Assembly (NCBI RefSeq): GCF_006345805.1
Contig: NC_043002.1
Location: 112,034,001 to 112,098,000, forward strand
DNA length: 64,000 nucleotides
Direction of reading: 5' to 3'
Source: Octopus sinensis
Lineage: Eukaryota
The notes under the pieces are model-generated. The model saw only the letters and a program-made list of their open reading frames with translations, had not been told where the DNA came from and made no database searches. Both the position numbers and the translations under genes were made by a program. Numbering within the stretch: the first letter of the stretch is position 1; every line of letters begins with the position of its first letter. This document shows, one piece after another, positions 39,266 through 54,619 of this stretch.

Positions 39266-40049
39266 CGGCGGCGAGCTGGCAGAAATGTTAGCACGCCGGG
39301 CGAAATGCGTTGCCGTATTTCGTCTGCCGTTACGTTCTGGGTTCAAAATTCCGCCGAGGTCGACTTTGCCTTTCATCCTTTCGGGGTCGATAAAATAAGT
39401 ACCAGTTACGCACTGGGGTCGATGTAATCGACTTAATCCGTCTGTCTGTCATTGTTTGTCCCCTCGTGTTTAGCCCCTTGTGGGTAATAAAGAAATAGGT
39501 ATTTCGTCTGCCGTTACGTTCTGGTTCAAAATTCCGCCGAGGTCGACTTGCCTTTCATCCTTTCGGGGTCGATAAAATAAGTACCAGTTAGCACTGGAGT
39601 CGATGTAATCGAATTAATCCGTCTGTCTGTCCTGTTGTCCCCTCTGTGTTTAGCCCCTTGTGGGTAGTAAAGAAACTAGGTATTTTGTCTGCCGTCGTTA
39701 CGTTCTGAGTTCAAATTCCGCCGAGGTCGACTTTGCCTTTCATCCTTTCGGGGTCGATAAAATAAGTACCAGTTACGCACTGGGGTCAATGTAATCGACT
39801 TAATCCGTCTGTCTGACCTTGTTTGTCCCCTCTGTGTTTAGCCCCTTGTGGGTAATAAAGAAATAGGTATTTCGTCTGCCGTTACGTTCTGAGTTCAAAT
39901 TCCGCCGAGGTCGACTTTGCCTTTCATCCTTTCGGGGTCGATAAAATAAGTACCAGTTACGCACTGGGGTCGATGTAATCGACTTAATCCGTCTGTCAGT
40001 CCTTGTTTGTCCCCTCTGTGTTTAGCCCCTTGTGGGTAGTGAAGAAATA
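39266..40049 (+). mobile_element. Tandem tetramer of SINE family A
   Basis: One full copy followed by three headless ~185-bp units, each starting ggtatt(t)cgtctgccgttacg or similar. Confidence 0.93.
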
Positions 40050-40394
40050 TATTACATACATGCATACACAAGCAAGTACACGCAATACACACACACAATA
40101 CACACAGTACACGCAATACACACAGTACACGCAATACACACACACAACACACACACTACGTGCGCGCGCACATACATGTTATACACAGACATACATACAT
40201 GCGCTCTCACATACACGCTATATGCGTATGTGTGTGTACTGACCATCGAATCTGGGCATAACCAGAATAACCACTTTCGTATTGCATATACCTGTAACAG
40301 GTTTATTAGCCTCTCTGTCACGAGCAGAGATGTTTACCTTGCAACTTTACTCTAGGTTTTTCTGTGTCAAATACACACACTCACACACACACAT

Positions 40395-40429
<35 letters not shown>

Positions 40430-40830
40430 TAATATATATATATATATATATAGTGTGTGTGTGTGAGTGTGTGTATTTGACATATATATACACATATATA
40501 TATTTGACATATATACACTACATACATACATACATAACATAATACATACATACATACATACATATTGCTCAACAAGAAGTCAGTCTTATATATATATAGG
40601 ATCATCCTATAAATAATGCAGTTTTTTTTATACTTCTTTTATTTTTCAAAATTAAGATAAACAAAGTTCTTTTTTAATCTAAAATACACTCTCCATTTTC
40701 TACAATGTTCCTCCGTCTATCCGGTAGACTTGCAAGGCCCCTCTTCCAAAATCCACTTGTACGTAACGAAAAATACTCCTCCACTACTGTTCTGACCTAG
40801 TCTACAGAATTCATATTTTTCCGACCAAAT

Positions 40831-41105
40831 GGTGCAGGAGTGGCTGTGTGGTAAGTAGCTTGCTAACCAACCACATGGTTCCGGGTTCAGTCCCACTGCG
40901 TGGCATCTTGGGCAAGTGTCTTCTGCTATAGCCCCGGGCCGACCAATGCCTTGTGAGTGGATTTGGTAGACGGAAACTGAAAGAAGCCTGTCGTATATAT
41001 GTATATATATATATAATTGTGTTTGTATATGTTTTGTTGTCTGTGTTGTCCCCCTAGCATTGCTTGACACAACCGATGCTGGTGTGTTTACGTCCCCGTC
41101 ACTTA
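40831..41105 (+). mobile_element. SINE family B, cut by the assembly gap
   Basis: Head and start of the tail block. Confidence 0.92.
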
Positions 41106-41205
41106 NNNNNNNNNNNNNNNNNNNNNNNNNNNNNNNNNNNNNNNNNNNNNNNNNNNNNNNNNNNNNNNNNNNNNNNNNNNNNNNNNNNNNNNNNNNNNNN
41201 NNNNN
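41106..41205. other. Assembly gap (100 N)
   Basis: 100 consecutive N. Confidence 1.
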
Positions 41206-41970
41206 ACCTATATTTCTATATTTCGAGGCTATGACCCATTCTTCAAGAAATTTGGAAGAACGAAGGGTGGAAAAGGTTGTTGCCCAAAAGTGTGTGGAGG
41301 AGACAAACAGGGAAATGAGAAGGGTATAGATTAATGAAATAACGACATAGAGGACAAGAGTAAAGGAGAACAGGTAGATTTCGCTCTTACTGCTCCGTAA
41401 ATCTGAAAATAAGGACTTGATCTGGTATAATGTTCCCTTCAACTGTGCCATATCCATAAACATATATAAGAAATTTATGACAATTTTAGCAAAAACTTCT
41501 CTGTTTCCCGCAGATATAATAGAATTTTTTTCCCGTAAGATAGTTAGTATCTCATATTCTACTCTCCCCAATATGGGTACCATCACAGGCAGGTTAAAGA
41601 GAAAGAATAATAAATTAGCAAGAGATGGTAATGATAATAATGTTACTGTCAACACCAACTTAAACTCCTACAATGTGAATAATAATATTAATGGTGACGT
41701 AGAAAATAGAAACAGCGGTAATAATGCTTTTAATAATACAATATAGACTGTAGCTCTGAGGTCTATTATATTTGGGAACTGAAGGAAAGCGGAATCGAAT
41801 TTAGCCTTCAATGGGATATCATAAGGAAAGAGCAGCCTTATAGAGATAGTCGATACGGGTGTGAACTGTGCGTCTGAAAGCTTAGGAATCTTTTAGATAT
41901 AGGGGCAAGAGTAACCTAATTAATAATGGATTAGACCAAAGGGTAACATGCGTACATAGGGTCAACCGTA
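41206..41970 (+). mobile_element. Penelope-like 3' ORF fragment with inverted pLTR piece
   Basis: IWYNVPFN..FFSRKIVSISYSTLPNM linker and IWELKE..SLQWDII..YR..GCELC C-terminus; most of the GIY-YIG core is deleted. Confidence 0.75.
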
Positions 41971-43244
41971 CATTTAAATGTTTTCGAAATCAGCGTTTAA
42001 AGATGCCACACTTGAAACAGGATGAGGGAAATTAATTCTTTGTGTCATATCTGATGTGAACTTACACCCCAGTATTATTTTATTTTATTTTATTATATCT
42101 AGTTTCAGCTCACGAGCTGTGGCCATGCTGGGGCACCGCCATTTATATATAATAAGTTATATATATTTTCTTACTCTTCTCTATAATTTCTTATTATTTT
42201 GTTTTCTTATTTTGATATCTTTACCTATTAACCTCTTATCTCTTATAAGTTATTAATGTTCTTAAAGATATAAACTTTCTAGTTACTTAAGTCTATGCGA
42301 GTTGATTATAACATACCCATAATAAAGTACAAATATTTGTTTATATTTGCATGTGTACACATAGTTAAATATGCGTAAGTATCTGTGCACAATTTATTTT
42401 TCTGATTTTTTTCTGATTCTTAGCTTATAACTAATATAAAGATAGCATGATTTATCACCCCAGTATTCCATAAGTAAATACCAAGAGCAATGTTTATAGA
42501 AACCACCTAATAAGAAAATAATTAAATACAGGAATGAATATTAAACTAATTCTATGTAATCTTCCCTTTCTAATGTTGAAATTGGCACATGTACACATTT
42601 TATCTATTCTGGTTATAACATCATTTTAGTAATCCTAAATTTTATCTTCATACAACATAACACTATTGTTTATATACAATCATCCATAGTAACCCATGAT
42701 AATTTCCTCTGTATTAACATCATATGTTTTATTAGCGTCTTGCCCCGTTAACTGGTAATTAACATCTTGATTTGGGGTCTTCCCCTAACCAGCCTCCTTT
42801 ATAGACAGTTACTTATACAAATCCTAAAATCCTGACGATATTTATGACCCTGCCCTCCATTCTAAACAGACACTGCCCTCTGGCCTTAGATTTGGCAGTT
42901 GATAAAAAAGACTAATAAATTAAAAATGAGCCACAATCCTTTACAAGCTATGACCGTAACAAACTGTATACAGTTCTTAGAAGTGTAGTATATTCTTGGG
43001 TACATTAGTGGCAGCATGAACTCGTTCCCTCTTCTTGCACTATTAGAGAATTTGAGTAAAAGTATATTAATGTGTCCAATTGATTAAAAATTCTATTTAT
43101 TTATGCTGCTGAGGATAGCCCTGCATTTAAATGGATGTAATGATTGCATTGTTCAATTAAATGGAGTTACTTGAAACGGTCGTACTGCATCACCTCTTGA
43201 TAACCTGCTACTTATTTTGATTATACAAATACATACATATATAC

Positions 43245-43300
<56 letters not shown>

Positions 43301-43317
43301 TAATAATAATAATAATA

Positions 43318-43560
43318 ATGCATTAGGCATGATAAAAAATATTCAGACAAATACATAACAAAAACACCAGGACTTACAAACACATAACATACAGAAAATT
43401 GCACTACTAGGCACTGCACACACCCTACGCAGAACACTTTCCATACAATAACCATCAGAGCATCACAACAAATCACAGCACATACCCAAGGCACACAGAG
43501 CTGCGCTCGGTAGTGGAGTGAAAGCACGCTATAAAAATAAAACTACTGAATGATAATAAT
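43318..43560 (+). mobile_element. R4/Dong-like RLE LINE 3' end within (AAT)n
   Basis: ALGMIKKYSDKYITKTPGL..NIQKIALLGTAHTLRRTLSIQ*, then a 3' UTR; flanked by AAT repeats. Confidence 0.85.
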
Positions 43561-43737
43561 CTTCAAAGAATACCAGACAAGCCACCCATAATTGGATACA
43601 ACTCACCCAACAAGAACTCACTACTTGAACAAAACTTGACTTAAACAGGATTCGAATAATCCTATCAGGTGGTGCTATCAAGTTAGACATGGCCTGGACC
43701 AATCTCTGGTCGAAACATATCTAAGTTTTATCTAAGT

Positions 43738-43803
<66 letters not shown>

Positions 43804-46800
43804 TCGACAAAGGCTGCAAATCAACACCAACATTGTTTGAAACACGAGTCACACGAACAGAGCATTTCCTGTTCAACAGAGCATTTTCTATTCACTGACA
43901 AGGGAGACAGCCTCCCCACAGCAAGCGAGGGCGCCATATCGGCCGGCTGATTAAAGATAGAATTAATCCTCATTGGTGACGCTACCGCATTGCCGGTGGG
44001 TAAGCTAAATCGACTTGTCACTTTGTAGAATATACCATAGGAATCAGTGGCTAATTCAGTAAAATGGTAAAGTGAAAATTATAAAATGATTGCACCCTTA
44101 GTCACTTGTATGACCATTTTATTTGTATCTTTTGGTTTTCAATTGCGTCTTGCCACTTTAATCATTTTATATATATATACATACATAGTTTATCAAATAC
44201 ACACACGCATACAAACACGCACACACAAGCATATATATATATATTATATATATATATATATACATACATACATACTACATACATACATACAACATACATA
44301 CATACATACATGCATGCATACATACATACATACATACATATATAATACATACATACATACAATGTAATTATGAATGTATGTATGTATGTATGTATGTATG
44401 TATGTATGTATGTATGTATATATATAATACATACATACATACTACATACATACATACCTGCATGCATACATACATACATACATACACACATTCATACATG
44501 CATGCATACATACATACATATATAATACATACATACATACATACATTCATACATACATACATACATACATACATACATACATACATACATACATACATAC
44601 ATACATACATAGACATAGCGACACACACACACACACACACACACAAATATACACGTACACAACATAGTTTTATATCTTTATTGAAAATGTAAAAATATGC
44701 TATAAATTTCTGATGACTAATTTTCTTCCAGCCAGATATTAATTGCAATAAGGATAGAACCTTTCCTTGCAGTTAAAATACCACTAAAACACCTGTCTTT
44801 ACTCTTCCGATAATAATCCACATAAACAAGAAGCTGCACTGGGTAATTTTAAAATGAACTGAGCCATCAAATGTGTATATAGTCACTCCGCTTATTAGAC
44901 TTTACAATGAATTGTCATCATTTTGTTGGTGGCAGAATATTAGAATATTAGCTTGAGATAGATATCAGTACTTCTAGTGAATCATTAGCGTCAGAGTAAT
45001 TACTATGCAGTGAATATTCAAACACTCTATTGACTGGACGCTTAATCATACAGCTAAACTATAACAACAATAACGTCTATGGCCAATTGGCACTGGAAAG
45101 CAATAGCTCTCTTGGGAAAAACCGAAATTAACAAATGTCAAACCATGTTCCTACTGAGATGAGCATCCGATTCGGTAGTAACTTCTTAGTAACTGTTAGT
45201 GGCGTGTGCTTTGCATAATTACAATAAACGTTTACTTAATTAGGTAGAAAATCTTCGACAAGCTAAGCTAAGCGCAGAGCCCATGGGTCACGAATGCAAT
45301 ATCAACAGCAAGATACGATCCTGCAAACATGGGAGATTAGAGTGAGATACCGTATTCACTTGAATCATGGTTCTCTCTGTATATATATAATGTATCCTTT
45401 CCACTTCATATAGTTTAGATAATAATTTGTGGCGCAAATTTAGTAAATGTTATAATAGGTAGGAATGAGATTGCATGGCATTCATATAGCTCTCTTCCAA
45501 ACATACCATCAACAGTACTCTCCAGCGGCCCGTTTTAAGTTGGATCAATACATGAATACATTATCCTGCTTATTACTCCACCAAATAATGCTCCGTTAAT
45601 TTGATCATAATACAACATTTGTGTTACAAGTTAAATACTTGTTATCAGAATAACCATTCCAAATGTTAGTTCATAATAAAATTGTGTGTAAAGGTAGAGA
45701 TGAAGACTTCCGCTATCAAATCTCTTCAGTCCAGCGGTGATATTTATTTTCTTGGAACTAAAAGAGTGAATACTTAAATCAACTTTGAGAGCACTCTAAT
45801 TAGGGTTAGTATTGCACCACAGTGTAGTAAATAAAACATTCCAGTACTCTAAGAATCAGCAACACTTTATGTAATAACCCAGTATATTTTTTAAAAAATT
45901 AATTTCGAATGAAATCAAATAGTACAAAGATTTAGTACATCCATACACTGATTGTCCATAAATTATCTTTATAACTTCCACAACTCATTGTATTCTATCG
46001 TCTAGATGTGTTGCATGCAACCAATAAAGTTCACATAGAAGTATTCTGACATTTCTAATAAAACTTGGTTTATCAATAAACTTTGCTGAGTTTTATTTTT
46101 CCTTTTTTCTAAATTTTTCAAATAGTAAAGGTAATTTATGGACACCCTGTATAATTTGGTTTTTGTTAAACAAGTCATTATTGTCCCATTATAGCTGCAT
46201 ATGATTTTCATAGGTTGATTCATCCGCTCTTTGAACACCATGTATATCAGAATGACTGTGAGAATTTGATTTGTCCTGTAAGCGTCTACATATCGTTGTA
46301 CAAAATTTGTTGTATAATGGAAGACTGAATCTAAGTCACTGGGTTAGAAAACATAGAAATCATTCGGGCTACTACCTTAAATGTCACCAGAGAGCGAGAT
46401 CTTAGATTTTCAGCATTCATTCATGCATCCACCAGAATGTGTCGAACTGCTTGACGATCAGAAATAAGTATCTATGTTTCTTGCGACTGTGTATTTCTCT
46501 ATGTGCATTTTATCCGTCTGCTTATGTACATGCCTGTTAGTGATTTGCTGACTGCCTGTCGTTGAATGGAATTTTGTAGCTATATATTTCTATGGTGGTT
46601 TGCGCTTCAGTGTACAGTCTAATCTTTGTTAAATGTTATAACAGAAATTGTAATTTGGCTTATGTGTTTCTATGAGTGTGATTTGTGTCTGCGCCTTAGT
46701 TTCTGTATATGTATATTTATTACTTCGTTCGGCTGGTATATTACCTGTAGCCATCTCTTTCTTGCATGGACTCCGTCTCCCTTCACTCGAATTTGAACTT

Positions 46801-47012
46801 TTGTTATCTGGTCTGGTATGAGCCTTTGTTGCCTACATCTATTATACGCCCCTCATTTTTCATGTATTCTTACAAAGTTTACTTACAACACACACACACC
46901 ACACACATACACATATTTATATGCATATACATACACATACATGCATACATATAACGATGCGTATATACATGTACATATCTATGCAAACATATGTGTTTGT
47001 GTATGATTGCGA

Positions 47013-47129
<117 letters not shown>

Positions 47130-47905
47130 TATATAAGAATGTATAAAATATTTTTATACACAAAGAGGAAACCATTGACCGGACTCCTTACATGCTAAAA
47201 AGGCCAGTTAAAACCCCAAACCACGAAAAAGAGAATTCATGAGGCACGCCGTTATAACACTAGAACGAACAAAAATATGAATTAGTTAATCCCGAACTCG
47301 AGTTTCGCTATTAATTACCAAATAAATTCATTTCGAATCTGTAGCTCATCAGCGGAAACGCTAATTATTGAATAATTATGTATAAATAAAAAATTCGAAA
47401 TAAGAACGTAACGGACGACAATAACAACATATGGACAGGTAGACGATACAAACACCTTGATGCACCCACCCTCTTTGCAATATACTTTGTTGTTGTGTTG
47501 TCACATGCTTTTCAAAACTCTCAGGAGGGTATTTACATAAAATATCGAACAATAGGAAGAATGGAATAAGATCACCCAGCAAGAAATTGAAAATTTAATT
47601 TCCTCATGCAGTCGAAGATGTCAGAGTGTGATTGAAGCTAAAGGGCTTCACACTAAATATTAAATAATTCCAGTATTCTCTGTCATTTTTGATTATTTTG
47701 TTATTTTTTCAACCGTTCTGATCATTTTGGCCGCCATGGGTTTTGCAATAAATCACTAAATCATCCATAACTTTTGTATTATCCTCTCAAATTACACCAA
47801 ATTCTCAGACAATAACAATTATAGAATATAAAACAACTTTGATAAAAACTTATAATTACTTTTCTTACGAAAATAATGCCGTTCTGAACATTTTGGCCGC
47901 AACTG

Positions 47906-47936
<31 letters not shown>

Positions 47937-48982
47937 ATATATATGTATATGTGTGTGTGTATGTGTGAGTGTGTGTGTGTGTGTGTGTGGTGTGTGTTTG
48001 TATATATGTATATATATACATATATACATATGTATATGTAAATATATATATGTATGTATATATGTATATATATATATATTTATATATCTATATATCTATA
48101 TATATATTAGATACATATATACATACATACATATATACATATATATAATATACATATATATATATATTTATATATCCATATATATATATATAATATATAT
48201 ATATTATATATATATATATATACATATATACATACATAGATACATATATATTATATATATAATATATATATATACATATATATATATTCTTTTGTCTGCA
48301 TATGCATGCGTGTTCATTGACATATTAATTGTGCTTGTCTGAAATTAAGAAATTACAAGTTTCAAGCAACTTAGAATGTGGAGAAGGCTTCAGTGGAATG
48401 TCCTTATGTCTCTTGTAACCCATATCAAATACAGACTTTGGAAATTTATTCTACCGCAAACGTTTTCTCATTTTTGAATTGAATGAAAATTAAATAACAG
48501 CAGTAAACAAAGGACACGAATTACTTGGAGATGTTAAAAAATATATACGAGGCAATAATGATCTAGAAAACAAAAATTTCAATAATTAAGCTAAGAAACA
48601 GCAAAAGAAGAGATAGAACTATGGATGAAATTTGAATAAAGAATAGTGATAATAAATATACAATTCCACCAGAGAGGAATTTAGCGCGAAAATGGCAGGA
48701 ATAAATCAATGAGCAGACGACAGCTCAAAAGATATCAACAATAGACATTGTAGAGTAAGGACAACTGTAATTTGTTAATTGAGACCCAGAGTTCAGCGTC
48801 GATTAAATTAACCCTCTTAAAACTGCTTGAAATTCTTTGTACTGAATATTCGATAACAAGATTCTGTTGCAAAAATAATTTGATAGATGTATTTCTTCTG
48901 GGAGAACATATGAGAATGTCTGGAATCTTTACGTTCGTAGAAAAAAAATCCTATCAATACACACACACACACACTCACACAC

Positions 48983-49041
<59 letters not shown>

Positions 49042-50141
49042 CTGGAAATATATGTATAGCCATAGACATACAAAATCAATTTCTTAGCATGTGTATTTAT
49101 ATTTTTGTAAACGGGCAATACACTGGGAGAATCAAGAAAATTCTTTGTGATGTTTGTTCAAATACTATCAGGTTCTACTTTTAATTTTCTTCCATCTTGG
49201 TCGGTGTGATGAATGTTAGAATTGGCCTGAGGTGCTTCAAATGCTTATGTGAAGTGTTTGACTTTCTGCAAGAGCAGTTAGATATTCATATATTTTAAAT
49301 ATTATAGCAAAATATGTGGATTTGATAATTTGCGATATTTTCAACATCATAAATACCCACAGTAGGAATATATGTAGCAATTAGAAAATAATAACAGTAG
49401 TAACGTTTATATGCCAACAGAACATGGCAGACCTCTAAAGGACGATGTTACTGTTGCTATAGCCCCAGAAAAAGACCTTTTCCAGCTACCTATCACCACA
49501 CAGTTTGTGTCCGTATGGCATTCGCAAGGAATGTCTTCGCTCCCATCTCTAGCTTTACGTGTTATTCACAGACCCGGGTTTCTAGGTGGTTACCTATCTT
49601 CAGTGTGAGATAATCACAGACTAGTGACAAAAGCTTTCTCCACTTGCAGATGCTATATACATTTTAAGCGACGCACAGTCGCTGATCTCGTATAGAGAAA
49701 AACAACTTGTTTTAAATCTCTGAGTGAGTGAGTGAGAGACATACAGTAAAAGTACGAAAGTCAACTATCGTGTTTCGTTATCCGAGCACGCCAGAAAGAT
49801 AACATCGGACGTCACTGCAATACCACACTTAATCAGCAACAATATAGGCTCTGCTGGCGATGGATGGTAGTATAGTAGCTACCTTGCCACATAGAATGTT
49901 TATAGACATATCAATGATACCGGTTCATTTAAAGTTACTGTCACTCATTTAAATGACAATTTTATTATACTGGAACATTGATTAGGTAATAAAATGTCAG
50001 ATATTTTCATATGTAGCATAGTTTCAGTTTACTAATGGAAAAAGAAAACGCATGTATTTTATATGTAATATATTGTAATATTTTAAGATATGATGAAAAC
50101 AATACGATATACATGAGAGAGGAACATCATGACAGCAGATA

Positions 50142-50538
50142 TCTTAATATATAAAAGAGAGGTTGTGTGCTGTCTGTCTCCTACGATTTAGATTCCTAAC
50201 TACTCCTACATTTTGCGGTGCAGTTTAACCAAAACCGGGTATCTTATAGTCGTGATTCATATCGAGCCCTTCTGTGTATTAGCGAGCGTCTACGATGAGT
50301 CTACGATTTAAAAAAAAATTTACCATCAATTTTTCCCATTTTTAATGCATTTTTGGCATATATAAGGGAAGTAACTCTCTAAAAGTTTATTATTAAATCT
50401 CAGAACGTAAAAAGCTACAGTAACATCCCCCCCTTTGTGATTAGCCATATTGAGATGGCTATTATACTTTACATCTCTAAAAATGCTTATATAGTTATTT
50501 CCCTTACAAACCCGAGCAACGCCAGGCGATACTGCTAG
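50142..50538 (+). mobile_element. Non-autonomous Helitron, copy 5
   Basis: A|TC ... hairpin ... CTAG|T. Confidence 0.93.
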
Positions 50539-50950
50539 TATATTATAAAGGCACAGATGCACATGATCATGCCACCCAGCACAAACATATACTGCCTAGA
50601 CAGGAAAATTTATACTATTGTTGATGATGTAGGTACCAGGGACAAACGACGCGCAGAACTGAAAGGAATTCTCCACAAGCAAAACTGTCTCCCTCTATTT
50701 ATAGAGAGTGACATATGAAACATGCAAAACAAGTACTTAAGAACAAATTAGTACAACTCAGGAAAGAGAAACCCAAGACCAGAACATCACACCTTTTATA
50801 GGGAAACACAATTCAATTTCAATGTCCGTCAGATCTCATCAAGCAATCAAATAAAAATATGTAGTAATAACATGCTTTTAATATTTACCCTTTATAAAAC
50901 TTAGAACTCAAGTGAAATCAGGCGAGGAGTAAAAGCATTTTATTGAGAGG

Positions 50951-51334
50951 TGGAAGCACTCCGTCGGTTACGACGATGAGGGTTCCGATTGATCCGATCA
51001 ACGGAACAGCCTGCTCGTGAAATTAACGTGTAAGTGGATGAGCACTCCACAGACACGTGTACCCTTAACGTAGTTCTCGGGGATATTCAGCGTGACACAG
51101 AGAGTGACAAGGCCGGTCCTTTGAAATACAAGTACAAGAGAAATAGGAAGTAAGAGTGAGAGAAAGTTGTGGTGAAAGAGTACAGCAGGGATCACCACCA
51201 TCCCCTGCCGGAGCCACGTGGAGCTTTTAGGTGTTTTCGCTCAATAAACACTCACAACGCCCGGTCTGGGAATCGAAACCGCGATCCTACAACCGCGAGT
51301 CCGCTGCCTTAACCACTGGGCCATTGCGCCTCCA
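50951..51334 (-). mobile_element. SINE family C
   Basis: Full-length match. Confidence 0.92.
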
Positions 51335-51379
51335 CACTGGATAAAATAACACCAGACTCGTTAACGTGCCTGATTTTTA

Positions 51380-52490
51380 CTCAGGGACTTACTGCTAAAA
51401 AGTTAAAACGAAAATTCTCGCAAAGCTGGAAATGAACCCGGATATAACTCTCCAGAAACTGTCAGAAGAGTGCGATATGGAATTAAAAGTAAGGCACGAC
51501 ACTAGAAATCCGACGCAAAGACTGTTTACAGATAAATCCAGTGTGGAAGAGTCGGAAGGCGGATGAAGTGTTTCACAAAAAAATACGATATACAGCAGGA
51601 GATAAACCCATCTATGGCATGCGGTGGTAGGCACCTGAGAAAAGAGTGTTCGTTCTAAAAAGCAAAGTGTTTTCGTTGTGGGAACACAGGACACATTAAA
51701 TCGCACTGCAGAACTAAGATGACGAAAAATTGGAACAAACGAGAAAAAATAGTTTGTCATCATGGTAAAAAGTCTGTACAACGAATAGAAAATTCATCAA
51801 GGTGTGAATCGAAACCACCAGTGTCAAAATGCAATTAGACACGGTGGTGGCAGCACTAGCGAAAATGAAGAAACATCGCGACAAATCGGTAAGCCGAAAT
51901 TATGTACATCAAATAAAGTAGCATATGGTGTTCCAGGAAAGAAATTACATTTCATCGACGAATGTATTTGCAATGTAACTTTTCGAGGTGAAACGAAAAG
52001 GACAATCATTTATGTGTTGAAATAATCACTAAACATATTTAGCACGCAATACATAGAGTTATCTAAAATGTGGGATGCCCCCATTAGTGTTCTCTGTGAA
52101 AATGTAGTTGGTACGGTTTAAAGGTCGAATGAAGTCGAACTGAGACAAAGAATGAAAAAAATTGTCTCCAAATGTTTTTGGAATGATTAGGCTGTTGTTC
52201 TAAAACAAAAACAAGGATCGCGGTAAAAGAATAGGCAACATCCGTTTATAGGCCCAAACGCAACGTGCCGTTTGCGGCATCAGTCCACGTCAGATAGAAA
52301 GATTAGCAAGTATAGATATAATTGAAAAAGTCGATTATTCAGACTGGGCAGCTCCGACGGTCAATGTAAAGAAAATAATAAACTAAGAGTGTGTGCGGTC
52401 TTTTCAATTGGATTAAATGACTGGTAAGTCGAACACAGTTATCCATTCCCAAGCCCAGAAGATGTTTTCTCAAAACTAAATGGTGTGCGC
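51380..52490 (+). mobile_element. Heavily decayed Ty3/Gypsy gag-pro-RT fragment (Mag/K02A2.6-like)
   Basis: CFRCGNTGHIKSHC knuckle, MQLDT protease, RPKRNVPFA, IIEKVDYSDWAAPTV..LRVC..YPFPSPEDVFSKLNG; many stops and frameshifts. Confidence 0.85.
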
Positions 52491-52754
52491 AACGCTAATT
52501 CATCGGAAGGGACTTGGTTTTGGCACAGATCGGTTTCAGACCGTCTGCAAGTATTATGCGGAGCGAACGCAGATGTGTTGTTAGCAACAGCATCAAAACG
52601 GGGGAAGAAGAGAGTAGAGAACTTCATTTGATCCAATGCATTCAACAAGGACAGATGGGAGGAACAAGCGATGGCGGAGGGAAAACACAGATACAAATAC
52701 ACAAATATCTATATATATATATATATATAAAATATTATATATATATATATATAT

Positions 52755-52801
<47 letters not shown>

Positions 52802-52814
52802 TATGTATAATATA

Positions 52815-52858
<44 letters not shown>

Positions 52859-52899
52859 ATATATTATAAATATATATATATATATGTAGTATATATATA

Positions 52900-53065
52900 C
52901 GACAGGCTTGTTTCTGTTTTTGTCTACCAAATCCACTCAAAAGCTTTGGTGTGCCCGAGGCTATAGTACAAAGCACTTGCTCAAGGTGCCACGTGGTCGA
53001 ACTGAACCCGGAACCATGTGGCTGGGAAGCAAGCGTCTTACCACATAACCATGCGTTCGCCTGTG
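52900..53065 (-). mobile_element. SINE family B head half (tail stub at about 52660..52710)
   Basis: Diverged reverse complement of the head and CORE block. Confidence 0.8.
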
Positions 53066-53384
53066 TGTGTGTGTGTGTGCGCGCGCGTAATATTTTGGAA
53101 TAATAAGTATATTTTCACTAGTGTGTTAATGTTTGAGTAAAGCACTGGTATGGTTTGGGCTACTTGGTGCCATCCGCAGTTGGGGTATATTTCCATTGGA
53201 TCTACTTCAAGAATTTCGAAGAGTTAGTTGAGATAATGATAATTGAGTAAATAAGAGGAATTTAGGATGCAAAATTGATGCAACTCAATACGATGCACAG
53301 AAACCTACCTATAAGTAACAGTAGCAGGATGGGTCGAAACGGTCGTCGTACAAAATAAAGACTAATACCAAATCCGTCTTCTGG

Positions 53385-53469
<85 letters not shown>

Positions 53470-53619
53470 CCTATGTATATGTATACAGTAATCCCTCGAC
53501 TATCGCGGTTGTTACATTCCAAAACCCACTGCGATAGGTGAACCACGATATATATATAATATATATATATATATATTATATATATATATATATATATAAG
53601 TAGTGTTTTAGTTTGACGC

Positions 53620-54330
53620 TCGGGAAGGTGAGAAAGTCTTTTACGTTTCGAGCCTACGCTCTCCAACAAAAATTATCACGAGGAAATAAACAGATATAGA
53701 ATAAAAAAAACTTTTGGAGTTAGCAGTCTGTCATGGCGACTTGCTGGACAAAGGTAGAAAGGAAAACTAGGAAGAAGGGGAGATAATAAAATATTGGTGA
53801 TCCCAAAACGAAGGTGCGCGTGCGTGTGTATGTGAGAGTGTTTAAGTGTGTGCTCGTGGACAGGGGCTGGTGACCTTGACGTGTGGATATGTGGATGATG
53901 GTGTGGGTGCTATGAAGTGGTCAGTGCTAGTGTGTGAGGGGTTGTGTGATGTGGCGATGTTGGGATGTAGGGAAGTGAGGGTGGGGTGTGGGTTTGGGGT
54001 GATGACATGAGGGTATGGTGGGGTATGTAGGAGTGCGATGTGTGGGGTGGGGTGTTGGTGGCAGGGGTATCAATGAAGGAGAAGTTGGGTAGGAGTGAAG
54101 AGAGGAAGCAGGTGTCAAAGCAAGAGGGGAGAGAAGAGGTGGGTAGGAGTGAAGAGAGGAAGTAGGTATCAGATAAAGAGAGATGAGGGAGCCAGATGAA
54201 GAGGGGAAAGGAGTTGAGCCCGTGTAGGGCAAAGCAGCGAAGAGAGATGATTAATTCTTGTTTACGGTGAAAGCAAGATTCCAGACGGCCCCTGTGCAAA
54301 GACAATCCAAACACAGATATTTCTTGTAAT
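53620..54330 (-). mobile_element. Penelope-like 3' end plus pLTR-like segment
   Basis: GLSLHRG..RKQELI..LHGLN C-terminus of the GIY-YIG region; motif shared with 10381 at 53636..53665. Confidence 0.65.
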
Positions 54331-54503
54331 GAATGACCGGTTGAGCGGAACTGGCGCGAGACTAGGGTGTCATTGCCTAGTCTAGTGTCTCAGAGGCGTT
54401 CCGCGAACCGGTCAGCTGAGCGGCGTCCCGTTTGGCCGATGTACAGAGAATGACAGAAAGAGCAGGAGATGGTGTAAATGACGTTTCTATGTACACACAC
54501 ACA

Positions 54504-54543
<40 letters not shown>

Positions 54544-54619
54544 TAGTTAAAGAGGTCAACAAATGGTAAGGCAAGGCAAACATCTCACGTCATATACATT
54601 ATTATTATTGGAAAAAAAT

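Noticed and set aside
40717-41658. 313-aa ORF, the longest in the track
   Set aside because: It runs through the 100-N gap, SINE B sequence and the antisense of a PLE fragment.
43800-44005. GC-richer stretch ending in a GTAAGC donor
   Set aside because: In-frame stops and no acceptor or homology support; 45640..45770 and 46745..46870 were rejected on the same grounds.
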